Positions 1-9,122 of a DNA stretch of 57,829 nucleotides are shown here, piece after piece; the stretch's first letter is position 1; every line of letters starts with the position of its first letter. Location: the NCBI GenBank assembly GCA_905478905.1, contig CAJQKN010000123.1:1-57829 (forward strand), written 5' to 3'. The notes under the pieces were generated by a model that saw only the letters and a list, made by a program, of their open reading frames with translations, had not been told where the DNA came from and made no database searches. This stretch comes from an uncultured Flavobacteriaceae bacterium. Its GTDB lineage: Bacteria > Bacteroidota > Bacteroidia > Flavobacteriales > Flavobacteriaceae. The translations under genes were made by a program, and so were the position numbers.

Positions 1-330
1 ATGAAGTTGCCCCCTTAAACATATCGGGCATATTGGTCACATTTGATGTATTCCAATTCCCAATATCTTGGTTAAATGAGGCAGCATCAGCAAACATTGT
101 ATTCATATCAATAACTTCACCAGTATTCCAGTTTCCTAAATCTTGATTGAATGATAATGCCACATTAAACATATTCCTCATATGAATTACTTTAGAGGTA
201 TCCCAATTTCCAATGTCTTGATTAAATGAATCTGCTGAAGCAAACATTCCCCACATATCTGTTACATTAGAGGTATCCCAAAAACTAATATCAGAATTGA
301 AAGAAGCGTTTTCCATAAAAAGCTGACTCA
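1..330 (-). repeat. Tandem degenerate 75-nt (25-aa) DUF285-type repeats, continuing beyond the window
   Basis: About four units of FNxDIxxWxTSxVxxMxxMF in the minus-strand translation. Confidence 0.85.
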
Positions 331-2002
331 TATCAGTAACTAAAGTTGTACATAAATTCACATTTCCATTCGCTATTTCTGTTCTTAACAATGTGTTGTC
401 TACAACTGTGTAAGTTATATCATCAATTACAACTGTATCTCCCACAGATGCTTCAGGACACATACATTTTCCTTCTTCGAAGTAAACCGTTGGCAGAGGA
501 CAGCCATAATTATTTACATCTCCAGCTTCTTCAACGCAATTGTCAAGCAAATCATAAACTGTATCTCCGTCAGAATCTGGAATTTCTATCCCTTCTATTC
601 CTCCAACAATATTGTCTATATAAAATATTCCTGGATTAGATGTTCCCAATCCCACAAAGAAAGAGAGAAAGGCAAAATTACTTAAATCCTCTAAGGGCTC
701 TTCAGTGAAAGGAGGGCTATTGCGTCTGTTTTCCCTAAAATCAAAATAAACAGTTTGCCATCCTGATTGATTCACGGTTACTTCTACTTCTACATCTTTT
801 TGCGCTAAATTTTCATTGTCTTCTGCACCTACAAACTGTTCAAGCTTGGCAAGTAAAATTATTTCAGATGCAGTCTCTTGATAGAAGTCTAACTTCAATA
901 TTTGATTTTCTAACGAACTAAAATCTATAGTAACTTGAGGAGAGATGATAACTCCTTCATAAATGCCTCCGTAATTGTCAATCCTAGCAACCCCCTCGGA
1001 ATCATTTATTCCTAATCTATCAGGGTTTGAATCTAAACTAATTCCAGCGCCATTGAAAGAGAAAAGATTCAAAGCTTCGTTCTCTTCAAATCCTGCAATT
1101 ACTCTATCTGCTCTTGGCGTAATGGTGTCTGTGGTTTCGTCATAATTTTCATCTCTATCCCCTTGATTATTTCCTGAACATCCTGTCGATAACTCAAGGG
1201 TAAAGCCTACATAACTATTTGTTAGAACAAGATTTGTGATTGTTCCGAATGAAGAAGATCCCAATAAGAGACTAATGGCAGAGTTTGATTCTACGTTAAA
1301 TTGTCCTGTAACTGTTGCCGTTCCTGTAATGATTGTAAACGAACCATCTGTTCTAAAGATTATTTCAGAAACGCTGCATTCATTGTTTTTCCCTGATTCT
1401 TCCCCTGTTGGATTATTTTTTCTAATCTTCCATTTACCTACTCCCAGGAAAACACCATCTTGTAAGACATTGCTTATCTGCTCTTCAAAGGTTGCGGTAA
1501 CAGATTTTGTCCCATCAATAGCAACATCAATTTCATTTGTAGTTTGGGTAGATGAACCCGACCAGTTTTTAAAAATCCATCCAGTATCTGGTGTTGCGTT
1601 TAATCGAACAACTGTTCCAGAATTGTATTCTTCTGATGTTTTGGCTGGGTTAATAACCTCTTTGGTCACGCTACCCTGACCAACCACACCAACATTAAGT
1701 GTGTATCGTGCTCTACTAAAAGTAGCCGTAATCGTTTTGTCTCCCGTCATGGTAACGCTAAGTGGATTTGTATTACCCGAGGCATCTCCAGACCATTCTA
1801 TAAATTCATATCCTTCATTGGGTATAGCTGTTATTACAACACTTGAACCTTCGTCGTAACTTCCTCCTGTTTTATCGACCGTCCCCCCCTCCGAAGCTGA
1901 AACTGAAAGTGTGTATTTTACAACTGGAGTGTCCTTTGAACAAGAATTTATCACTAATAAGAAAGAAATAACTCCCAAAAAATTTTTGAAAATATTGATC
2001 AT
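1..2002 (-). CDS. Mosaic surface lipoprotein (InlB B-repeat-like x2, CBM-like sandwich, TSP3-like motif, DUF285/BspA-type 25-aa repeats); runs off the left edge
   Basis: Not in the ORF track because it is open at the edge. Manual translation from ATG 2002: MINIFKNFLGVISFLLVINSC (lipobox), YTLSVSASEGGTV...YEFIEWSGD, DSDGDTVYDLLDNC...NNYGCP, FNSDISFWDTSNVTDMWGMF repeats. The frame is the same at 2002, 658 and 22. Confidence 0.88.
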   Translation of the reverse strand, partial: MINIFKNFLGVISFLLVINSCSKDTPVVKYTLSVSASEGGTVDKTGGSYDEGSSVVITAIPNEGYEFIEWSGDASGNTNPLSVTMTGDKTITATFSRARYTLNVGVVGQGSVTKEVINPAKTSEEYNSGTVVRLNATPDTGWIFKNWSGSSTQTTNEIDVAIDGTKSVTATFEEQISNVLQDGVFLGVGKWKIRKNNPTGEESGKNNECSVSEIIFRTDGSFTIITGTATVTGQFNVESNSAISLLLGSSSFGTITNLVLTNSYVGFTLELSTGCSGNNQGDRDENYDETTDTITPRADRVIAGFEENEALNLFSFNGAGISLDSNPDRLGINDSEGVARIDNYGGIYEGVIISPQVTIDFSSLENQILKLDFYQETASEIILLAKLEQFVGAEDNENLAQKDVEVEVTVNQSGWQTVYFDFRENRRNSPPFTEEPLEDLSNFAFLSFFVGLGTSNPGIFYIDNIVGGIEGIEIPDSDGDTVYDLLDNCVEEAGDVNNYGCPLPTVYFEEGKCMCPEASVGDTVVIDDITYTVVDNTLLRTEIANGNVNLCTTLVTDMSQLFMENASFNSDISFWDTSNVTDMWGMFASADSFNQDIGNWDTSKVIHMRNMFNVALSFNQDLGNWNTGEVIDMNTMFADAASFNQDIGNWNTSNVTNMPDMFKGATS

Positions 2003-2154
2003 AAAATAGTATATAATTCAAAAATACTAATTTGTTTCAAGAAACACATCTAATTAATAAATAACGGCACGTATTCTGAACAAGGTTGGATTGTTTTTGA
2101 TAACGATATGGTTCAAGAAATTGACCAAGCAATCATAATGACTGATCATATGTT

Positions 2155-3003
2155 TTAATTTATTTTCCAATAAAGAAAATATTTTTCTTCATCAAATATA
2201 TTTATCATACTGTCAAGAATTTTTTGGTCATCCTTTACTTTTTGGGAATAATCTTCAATATGATATTTAATATTAAATTCCCACAATTCCTTTCTTCTAT
2301 GAAGAAGATATTTTAATTGTCCATCATTTTGAATAAACCTTCTGTTTTTTATCCAAAAATCATTGTGATAATATTCCGTCACATCAATATCCCTTGACCA
2401 TTCCTTAAGAATTTCTTCATATTCCTGAATCATTTTTCTTTCTATCTCATTGGTGTTTTCCTTCAAGTATTTTAAATCTGTACCCTTCATAATCTCTGCA
2501 ATAATCTTTGTTGTAAATGGGTCTACTAATTTGAAATCTTGATTTCCAGATTCAAAAATTCCAAAAGAACCTGAAATTATTGGTGGGTTAAAAGGATCAT
2601 ATTCTTTAAACCAATTCATAGGAGCAGAGTAATATTTACCATCTGGTTCTTCTTCATCCACTATAAAATCAATAAAAATACTATCGTTGTCTACCTCCCA
2701 TTTATCTAATTGATTATTATATCTTTCTGCGACAAAATCAATTTTTTCTTTATATCCTTCGGAATAAACAAGGATATCATTCATACCACTCCTGATGTCT
2801 TTTACTAATTTTATGTATTTATGTTTTGTCTCATACTCATCCCCAAGATTTTCCACATAAAATGTAAAATTCACGACCACAAAAAGACCTACAGCGTTCA
2901 ATAAGAATTTTTTAGTGTTGTCACTAAAGGTTTTTGAACTAAATTTTTTGCCTAAAGTAAATAGCTTTATGTACCACTTTCTAGGCTCTTTAATTACAGT
3001 CAT
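2155..3003 (-). CDS. Hypothetical protein with one N-terminal hydrophobic segment
   Basis: 282-aa ORF, AT-rich; hydrophobic stretch FLLNAVGLFVVVNFTFYV; no motif recognised. Confidence 0.75.
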   Translation of the reverse strand: MTVIKEPRKWYIKLFTLGKKFSSKTFSDNTKKFLLNAVGLFVVVNFTFYVENLGDEYETKHKYIKLVKDIRSGMNDILVYSEGYKEKIDFVAERYNNQLDKWEVDNDSIFIDFIVDEEEPDGKYYSAPMNWFKEYDPFNPPIISGSFGIFESGNQDFKLVDPFTTKIIAEIMKGTDLKYLKENTNEIERKMIQEYEEILKEWSRDIDVTEYYHNDFWIKNRRFIQNDGQLKYLLHRRKELWEFNIKYHIEDYSQKVKDDQKILDSMINIFDEEKYFLYWKIN

Positions 3004-3281
3004 TCAATAAATTTAGATAAACAATATACAAAAAGTGGATCAACTCAATCTATCACAATAAACGAAGGTAGGTCTTCACTTATTTCATTTGTAGCTTGCT
3101 TCATTCTTGCTAGAGTGTGTTGTAAGACAATTTGAAGCATCATTGTTTTTTGGTTAATCTAATCGTGTGATCTATCAAATCGTGGAATAGGCCTTTTGTC
3201 ATAATAATTACATTTCCTTCTAGTTGAAATTTTGAACAGCGCTACCCCCTAAAAAAAAGTTAGGAATCACACATTAATTGC

Positions 3282-3289
3282 TATTTTTG
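3282..3289 (+). promoter_or_regulatory. Bacteroidota primary-sigma -7 box (TATTTTTG) for ald
   Basis: Matches TAnnTTTG, 15 nt before ATG 3305. Confidence 0.6.
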
Positions 3290-3304
3290 TTGAAAATTTC
3301 GCTC

Positions 3305-4411
3305 ATGATTATAGGCACCCCCAAGGAAATAAAGAACAATGAATTTCGTGTCGGTTTAAACACGGCTAGCGTAATGGCGCTAACGTCTCACGGACATAGC
3401 GTTCTGATCGAAACCAATGCTGGAATTGGCAGTGGTATGTCGGATAAAGACTATATCGCCGCAGGTGCGACCATCCTCGCTTCGGCTGAAGAAGTATATG
3501 CCAAGGCAGAGATGATCGTCAAAGTGAAAGAGCCATTGGCTGCAGAATATGAATTGATCCGTGAGGGACAAATTGTCTTCACTTATTTTCATTTTGCTTC
3601 TTCCCTGGAGCTAACAGAAGCCATGATCAAAAGCAAGGCCATTTGCATTGCCTATGAAACGGTTGAGGACAAGCAAGGACGCTTGCCCTTATTGACACCC
3701 ATGTCTGAAGTGGCTGGGAGAATGTCCATACAACAAGGAGCAAAATACTTAGAAAAACCCCAAGGTGGAAAAGGGCAATTGCTGGGAGGAGTTCCTGGTT
3801 CTGCTCCCGGGAAAGTAATGATTATTGGTGCAGGTGTTGTGGGAACAGAGGCAGCAAAAATGGCGGCAGGTCTAGGAGCACAAGTGCTCTTGCTGGACAT
3901 TAATTTAGATCGACTACGTTATTTGAGTGAGGTGTTACCACCCAATGTAACGCCCCTCTATTCTACGCAAGAAACCATCGAAAAAAATTGTGCTGATTGC
4001 GATCTTATCATTGGAGCGGTACTTATTCCAGGAGCTAAAGCACCCAATATCATTTCTCGAGAAATGCTTAAGAATATGCAAGCTGGAACTGTTCTGGTTG
4101 ATGTTGCCGTTGATCAAGGCGGTTGCTTTGAAAGCTGCCGACCCACAACCCATGAAGAACCCACCTTTGTAATCGATGATATTGTTCACTATTGTGTTGC
4201 CAATATTCCTGGAGCAGTGCCCATGACCTCAACCAACGCATTAAACAACACCACCCTACCCTTTGTTCAACTTTTGGCTAAAAAAGGCTGGAAAGATGCC
4301 TGTGCACAAAATGAGGCATTAAAAAAAGGCCTGTCTATTTACGACGGAAAAATTGTGCATGCCCCTGTAGCCAACACTTTTGACCTTCCGCTATATGAAA
4401 ACGTCATTTGA
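3305..4411 (+). CDS. ald: Alanine dehydrogenase
   Basis: [54 protein letters not shown]. Start moved to ATG 3305. Confidence 0.96.
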   Translation: MIIGTPKEIKNNEFRVGLNTASVMALTSHGHSVLIETNAGIGSGMSDKDYIAAGATILASAEEVYAKAEMIVKVKEPLAAEYELIREGQIVFTYFHFASSLELTEAMIKSKAICIAYETVEDKQGRLPLLTPMSEVAGRMSIQQGAKYLEKPQGGKGQLLGGVPGSAPGKVMIIGAGVVGTEAAKMAAGLGAQVLLLDINLDRLRYLSEVLPPNVTPLYSTQETIEKNCADCDLIIGAVLIPGAKAPNIISREMLKNMQAGTVLVDVAVDQGGCFESCRPTTHEEPTFVIDDIVHYCVANIPGAVPMTSTNALNNTTLPFVQLLAKKGWKDACAQNEALKKGLSIYDGKIVHAPVANTFDLPLYENVI

Positions 4412-4442
4412 TTCGCTACATTTGATGTATTGAAAATGCACA

Positions 4443-5819
4443 ATGATTCAAGAACTCACATCGATTGTAGGGGAAAATAACATTCTTGCCCACGGGAAAG
4501 AAAAAACCCGCTTTAGTCACATTTGGAAAACCGATATCCCCCTCACAGCTTTGGCGGTGGTGTTTCCAAGAAGTACAGAAGAGGTATCGGCCATTATGCA
4601 ATTGTGTCATAAAAACAACCAGGAGGTAGTCGTCCACGGTGGAGTGACCAATTTAGTGGGAGGAACGCAAACCCAAAAAAAACAATTGGTTGTCTCCCTA
4701 GAAAAAATGAATAGCATTGAAGAAGTCGATGAAAAAAGTAGAACCATCAGTGTTCAGGCGGGTGTGATTCTTGAAAATGCAATTGATGCTGCCAATGATA
4801 AAAACCTCTTCTTGCCCCTAAGTTTTGGTGCCAAAGGATCGGCACAAGTTGGCGGAGTTGTTTCCACTAACGCAGGGGGATTACGTGTTTTTCGGTACGG
4901 CATGACCCGCCAAATGGTGCTGGGATTAGAAGCAGTATTACCCGATGGAACAATCATCTCCTCTTTGAAAAAAATCATCAAAGACAATTCTGGCTACGAC
5001 CTAAAACAATTGTTTATTGGAGCTGAAGGAACTCTGGGAATCATCACCAAAATCATTTTTCGTTTACAAGAAAAACCACAAAGCCGTTCTTCCGCCATTG
5101 TGGGACTTGATCGTTATGAAAACGTCATTGCCCTACTCAAGTTTATGGAAAAAGGACTTGCAGGAACACTCTCTGGTTTTGTATTGATGTGGCAAAGAAC
5201 CTATATTGCCATGACTTCTTCTCCCGATTTCTCTCCCCCAATTCCAACTACCTTTCCCTATTATGTTTTTATCGAAAGCCTTGGAGGAGACGCAGCTACA
5301 GATTTTAGCCGCTTGGAAGACCTCATCGCTCAGGCATTTGAAAACGAACTCATCGGTGACGGTGTCTTGGCCCAAAGCGAGCGGGAACTTCAAAGCATTT
5401 GGAAAATTCGAGAAGATGTTTCCGTCTTGGCCGATCTAGCCCAATATGACCAGCATTTTGACATCAGTTTACCCATCCCCGTAATTGGCAAAGAAATAGA
5501 CGCCGCCATTGAACAACTGGAGCAGCTTGACTTTGTAGAAAAGATTTTCCCCTTTGGCCATGTTGCCGATGGGAACATTCATTTTATTATTGGTAAGAAA
5601 GAGAATTCCCCTGAAATAATCGACGCAATTAATGCAATAATCTATGGTTGTCTGGAAAGAAACCGTGGATCGGTATCGGCTGAACACGGCATTGGACTAG
5701 ATAAAAAGAAATACCTTTCTACTTCCAGAACCGAAAATGAAATTAATTTAATGCGAACACTTAAACGCGCTCTTGACCCAAAAAACATACTTAACCCCGG
5801 AAGAATTATCAGTGTTTAG
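4443..5819 (+). CDS. FAD-linked oxidoreductase, D-2-hydroxyacid dehydrogenase (GlcD/D2HGDH) family
   Basis: GGVTNLVGG, GGVVSTNAGG, KDNSGYDL, GAEGTLG, FGHVADGNIH, SAEHGIG, LDPKNILNPG. Confidence 0.9.
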   Translation: MIQELTSIVGENNILAHGKEKTRFSHIWKTDIPLTALAVVFPRSTEEVSAIMQLCHKNNQEVVVHGGVTNLVGGTQTQKKQLVVSLEKMNSIEEVDEKSRTISVQAGVILENAIDAANDKNLFLPLSFGAKGSAQVGGVVSTNAGGLRVFRYGMTRQMVLGLEAVLPDGTIISSLKKIIKDNSGYDLKQLFIGAEGTLGIITKIIFRLQEKPQSRSSAIVGLDRYENVIALLKFMEKGLAGTLSGFVLMWQRTYIAMTSSPDFSPPIPTTFPYYVFIESLGGDAATDFSRLEDLIAQAFENELIGDGVLAQSERELQSIWKIREDVSVLADLAQYDQHFDISLPIPVIGKEIDAAIEQLEQLDFVEKIFPFGHVADGNIHFIIGKKENSPEIIDAINAIIYGCLERNRGSVSAEHGIGLDKKKYLSTSRTENEINLMRTLKRALDPKNILNPGRIISV

Positions 5820-7084
5820 TCTTCTTTTATTTTAATGGTCATATTCCTTATGTTTAAATTGTAAGGATAGCGAACGTGTTGAATAACATACTTTGGAATA
5901 CTTGTCGCATCCAACGGATCAGATCCATTTGCCGCTTCTGTTGCATCCAAATAGCCATCATTGTCATTGTCGGTATCTTCGTTGTCACCATAGCCATCTC
6001 TATCAGTATCATATTGCTCAGAAGAATTTAACGGAAATGCGTCATCCATATTACTTACACCATCACTATCTTCATCACCAAAAGGGTCTAGAGTGGTTGA
6101 AACTGTTGCAGTACCTTGTGTAAAAACATCATTAGGCGTGGCATCTGGCACAAAAGGAATTAATCTTGTAATCATTTCTTGGGGTTCACGCAATATAGCT
6201 ATGCTAAAAGAGGATAGAGAGGGCAGGTCCAATCGAACATGTTCATAATACTCCTCATTGATCCGCGTTGCCGACCAAATGGTTATGTCGTTGTACTCAA
6301 TGGAAAAACGCTTTTCACCTGGGTAAATTGCTGGAGATTCTACGCGAGTTGTATTGGTAATCACTCCTGTATTGGCTGGGGAAACATATTCGGCAGAGGC
6401 GGGAGAAATAAGCGATGTTCCTGATAAACTACTGTTATCAATAAATATGACTGGAAGACGATCCAATTTATAGTCAAACTCCAGTACCAGTTCATTGGTT
6501 GGAAAATTATCAAAATTTTTGCGTGCTTCTACCATTTGCTCAATATCGTAGGAAACCATCGCCCAGTTTTCGTAGGCTAAGCCACTTTGATCTACTGGAT
6601 GAGTAAAAACAGTTGTGCCAGCTGCGGTTCCGCTGACAGTCCAACTGCTTGCATCTGGACCATCAAATAAAAGATTGTCTTTGTAATAAAGATCAATAAA
6701 GTTTTCAAAATAGCGGCTATCTGTATTCTCAAGGTTAAAAACTTTTAAGCCTACATCATAGCGTCCATAGGCATCATAGTTCACCGTTTCACCGATCTCA
6801 TTGATGGAATCGTTTGTTTTTCCTCCTGGAAAAGACCAAACTAAACTGTCAATATTACTCGCAGAGGCAATAAAACTAACATCAAAGGAGGGAGAGCTTG
6901 TGTTTGTTGACACCCCTATAGACCTTGAGGTGGAAATAAAGGATGCGTTTAGAATCCCAACATTTTCCCATCCTGGATTTTGTATTTCCTCCTCTTGAAC
7001 TAATGGCTCAAAAAACGGAGGAGTACAGGCAACCACGAGGGATAAAAGAATCAAAACAAAAAAGACACCTTTATACGATTTCAT
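5816..7084 (-). CDS. Lipoprotein with PKD-like domain and thrombospondin type-3 (Ca-binding) repeats
   Basis: Lipobox LVVAC; WSFPGG...YDAYGRYDVGL; DEDSDGVSNMDDAFP, DTDRDGYGD, DNDNDGYLD. Confidence 0.8.
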   Translation of the reverse strand: MKSYKGVFFVLILLSLVVACTPPFFEPLVQEEEIQNPGWENVGILNASFISTSRSIGVSTNTSSPSFDVSFIASASNIDSLVWSFPGGKTNDSINEIGETVNYDAYGRYDVGLKVFNLENTDSRYFENFIDLYYKDNLLFDGPDASSWTVSGTAAGTTVFTHPVDQSGLAYENWAMVSYDIEQMVEARKNFDNFPTNELVLEFDYKLDRLPVIFIDNSSLSGTSLISPASAEYVSPANTGVITNTTRVESPAIYPGEKRFSIEYNDITIWSATRINEEYYEHVRLDLPSLSSFSIAILREPQEMITRLIPFVPDATPNDVFTQGTATVSTTLDPFGDEDSDGVSNMDDAFPLNSSEQYDTDRDGYGDNEDTDNDNDGYLDATEAANGSDPLDATSIPKYVIQHVRYPYNLNIRNMTIKIKED

Positions 7085-7290
7085 ACAACAAAAATAGTTT
7101 ATTTATTATATTTATGTAAATACATAAAAATCATTTATCAAAAGGCTCGCTGAAAAGTTATATTTTACTCCTTTTACAGAATTAATTACCCATTGAATAA
7201 TCGCCAAAATTATGCTAATTTTAGTGTGAATCTTTTCATCGAATAAGACAAAACATCAAAATCATATTGACCTAAACTAATCTTCATCTT

Positions 7291-7494
7291 ATGCATTTCC
7301 CTTTTCAAAAATACAAAGCACTGATTTTAATCTTATTCTTGGGTGGTTTTATAAGTTTTGTCGACAGTTTTATATTGGGTGGACAATTTAAAGGAGTGGA
7401 AGAACACAAACATTTGATCTACCTTGGCACCTTGGTCGCAGGGCTCGCCGTTGTGCTGGCCATTATTTTAAAAGAAGACAATCCTGCTGATTAG
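7291..7494 (+). CDS. Small two-TM hypothetical membrane protein
   Basis: 67 aa, two hydrophobic helices, fills an intergenic gap. Confidence 0.6.
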   Translation: MHFPFQKYKALILILFLGGFISFVDSFILGGQFKGVEEHKHLIYLGTLVAGLAVVLAIILKEDNPAD

Positions 7495-7497
7495 CCT

Positions 7498-7505
7498 TAT
7501 CTTTG
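7498..7505 (+). promoter_or_regulatory. -7 box TATCTTTG
   Basis: Exact TAnnTTTG, 10 nt before ATG 7516. Confidence 0.65.
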
Positions 7506-7515
7506 TCAAAAAAAG

Positions 7516-8130
7516 ATGCAGCATTTTACAAAAGAAGCGATCGATGAATTGGCTTCCCGCTATAAAAACAATTTGATCAACAGTATTTCTGGCTACAAGT
7601 CTGCCAATTTGATCGGGACAAAATCAAATGCTGGTTCGTGTAATTTAGCCATTTTCAATTCTGTTGTTCACTTGGGTAGTAATCCCGCTTTGCTCGGGTT
7701 TATACTTCGCCCAACAACTGTTCCTAGACATTCCTATCAAAACATGAAAGAAAGTGGGGTGTTTACCATAAACCACATAGCGAAGAATCAAATCGAAGCA
7801 GCCCATCACACTTCAGCCAAGTACCCCGAGGGTATTTCAGAATTCGAACAAAGTGGTTTGATTGAAGAATACAAAAATGATTTTTTCGCTCCTTTTGTCA
7901 AGCTGGCTCCCGTCCAAATTGCATGTTCCTATGTCAACGACTACTTGATTGAAGAAAACAACACCTTGTTGGTTGTTGGTGCAATAGAACATTTGTATGT
8001 AAAGGACGATATGTTAGTCGAAGATGGATGGGTACAACTTGACAAAGGTGAGATTGTTACCATTAATGGATTGGATGGCTATGCGCTGCCATCGCTCTTG
8101 GAACGCTTTCCCTATGCCCGACCAAAATAA
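7516..8130 (+). CDS. Flavin reductase-like (FMN-binding split barrel) protein
   Basis: LINSISGYKSANLIGT, NLAIFNSVVHLGSNP, FTINHI, AHHTSAKYP. Confidence 0.85.
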   Translation: MQHFTKEAIDELASRYKNNLINSISGYKSANLIGTKSNAGSCNLAIFNSVVHLGSNPALLGFILRPTTVPRHSYQNMKESGVFTINHIAKNQIEAAHHTSAKYPEGISEFEQSGLIEEYKNDFFAPFVKLAPVQIACSYVNDYLIEENNTLLVVGAIEHLYVKDDMLVEDGWVQLDKGEIVTINGLDGYALPSLLERFPYARPK

Positions 8131-8137
8131 ACAAACT

Positions 8138-8779
8138 ATGGAATTTATTGCTTCTTCACTTTTTGACTATGTCGTTAAACACTCACAAGCAGAGCCAGAT
8201 TTATTGGCTGAATTGACACGCGAAACACATTTAAAAGTATTACAGCCCCGCATGTTGAGTGGCCCATTACAGGGGCGCTTCTTGAGCCTTCTTTCCAAAC
8301 TCATTGCCCCCAAACGCATTTTGGAAATTGGTACTTTTACCGGCTATGCTTCGCTTTGTCTCGCCGAAGGATTAACAAAAGAGGGGCATCTTGATACCTT
8401 GGACATCAATGAAGAATTGGTTGATTTCCAACGTTCCTTTTTTGATCGCTCTCCGTGGGGATCCAAAATTCTGCAACATACAGGAAACGCCCTAGAACTC
8501 ATCCCAAATTTAAGTCACACTTATGATCTTGTTTTTATCGATGCAGACAAAAAAAATTACCTGAATTATCTTGATCTGGTTCTTCCAAAACTAGCTTCGG
8601 GTGGACTCTTGTTATCTGACAATGTTTTGTGGAGTGGAAAGGTGCTAGAGGAAACACACAAAAAAGATGAAGATACAAGAGTGCTAAAAGAATACAATGC
8701 CCTTTTATCCAATCATCCTGAACTCGAGACGGTTCTCCTTCCCTTAAGAGATGGGCTTACCATCAGCCGTAAAATTTAA
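8138..8779 (+). CDS. O-methyltransferase (Methyltransf_3, CCoAOMT/TrmR-like)
   Basis: LEIGTFTGY, DLVFIDADK, DNVLWSG, RDGL. Start moved to ATG 8138. Confidence 0.9.
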   Translation: MEFIASSLFDYVVKHSQAEPDLLAELTRETHLKVLQPRMLSGPLQGRFLSLLSKLIAPKRILEIGTFTGYASLCLAEGLTKEGHLDTLDINEELVDFQRSFFDRSPWGSKILQHTGNALELIPNLSHTYDLVFIDADKKNYLNYLDLVLPKLASGGLLLSDNVLWSGKVLEETHKKDEDTRVLKEYNALLSNHPELETVLLPLRDGLTISRKI

Positions 8780-9042
8780 AGTTTTCGCTTAACGGAATTG
8801 GTCAAGTTGTCGAAATCTTCTTTTACCTGATTGATTTCTTTTTGAATATCCCCACCTATTTGTTTGGTTGGATCAATGTCAGCAGACTTTTGAATCTCCG
8901 TTTTAATCTCGTTGGTCGCCTGTTTCACTTGGGTTATTCCTTTGGCTAAACCACGTGCAATGGTAGGAATTTTATCGGCTCCAAAAATGAGCAGGACGAT
9001 AAAAAAAATAAACACAATTTCAGCTCCACTAATGAATAACAT
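8776..9042 (-). CDS. tatA: Twin-arginine translocase TatA/E-family subunit
   Basis: N-terminal TM ending LLIFG, then amphipathic KIPTIARGLAKGI. Confidence 0.85.
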   Translation of the reverse strand: MLFISGAEIVFIFFIVLLIFGADKIPTIARGLAKGITQVKQATNEIKTEIQKSADIDPTKQIGGDIQKEINQVKEDFDNLTNSVKRKL

Positions 9043-9056
9043 GGTTCGATTTTTTT

Positions 9057-9064
9057 CAAAGATA
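9057..9064 (-). promoter_or_regulatory. -7 box TATCTTTG for tatA
   Basis: caaagata on the + strand, just upstream of tatA. Confidence 0.6.
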
Positions 9065-9070
9065 GGTGAA

Positions 9071-9114
9071 AAAAAAAGCAGTGAAAATATTCACTGCTTT
9101 TTTTGCTTTTATTC
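9071..9114 (-). terminator. Rho-independent terminator after the M1 peptidase operon
   Basis: AAAAAAAGCAGTGAA-aata-TTCACTGCTTTTTTT perfect inverted repeat with A/T tails, immediately past the stop at 9123. Confidence 0.85.
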
Positions 9115-9122
9115 TATGCTAA

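Noticed and set aside
1-330. Periodic sequence as a possible CRISPR array
   Set aside because: The units are degenerate, in-frame 75-nt protein repeats with no constant repeat and unique spacer structure
346-1679. ORF-track + strand ORFs 346-639 and 1236-1679
   Set aside because: They are antisense shadows of the minus-strand surface lipoprotein, which has recognisable domains
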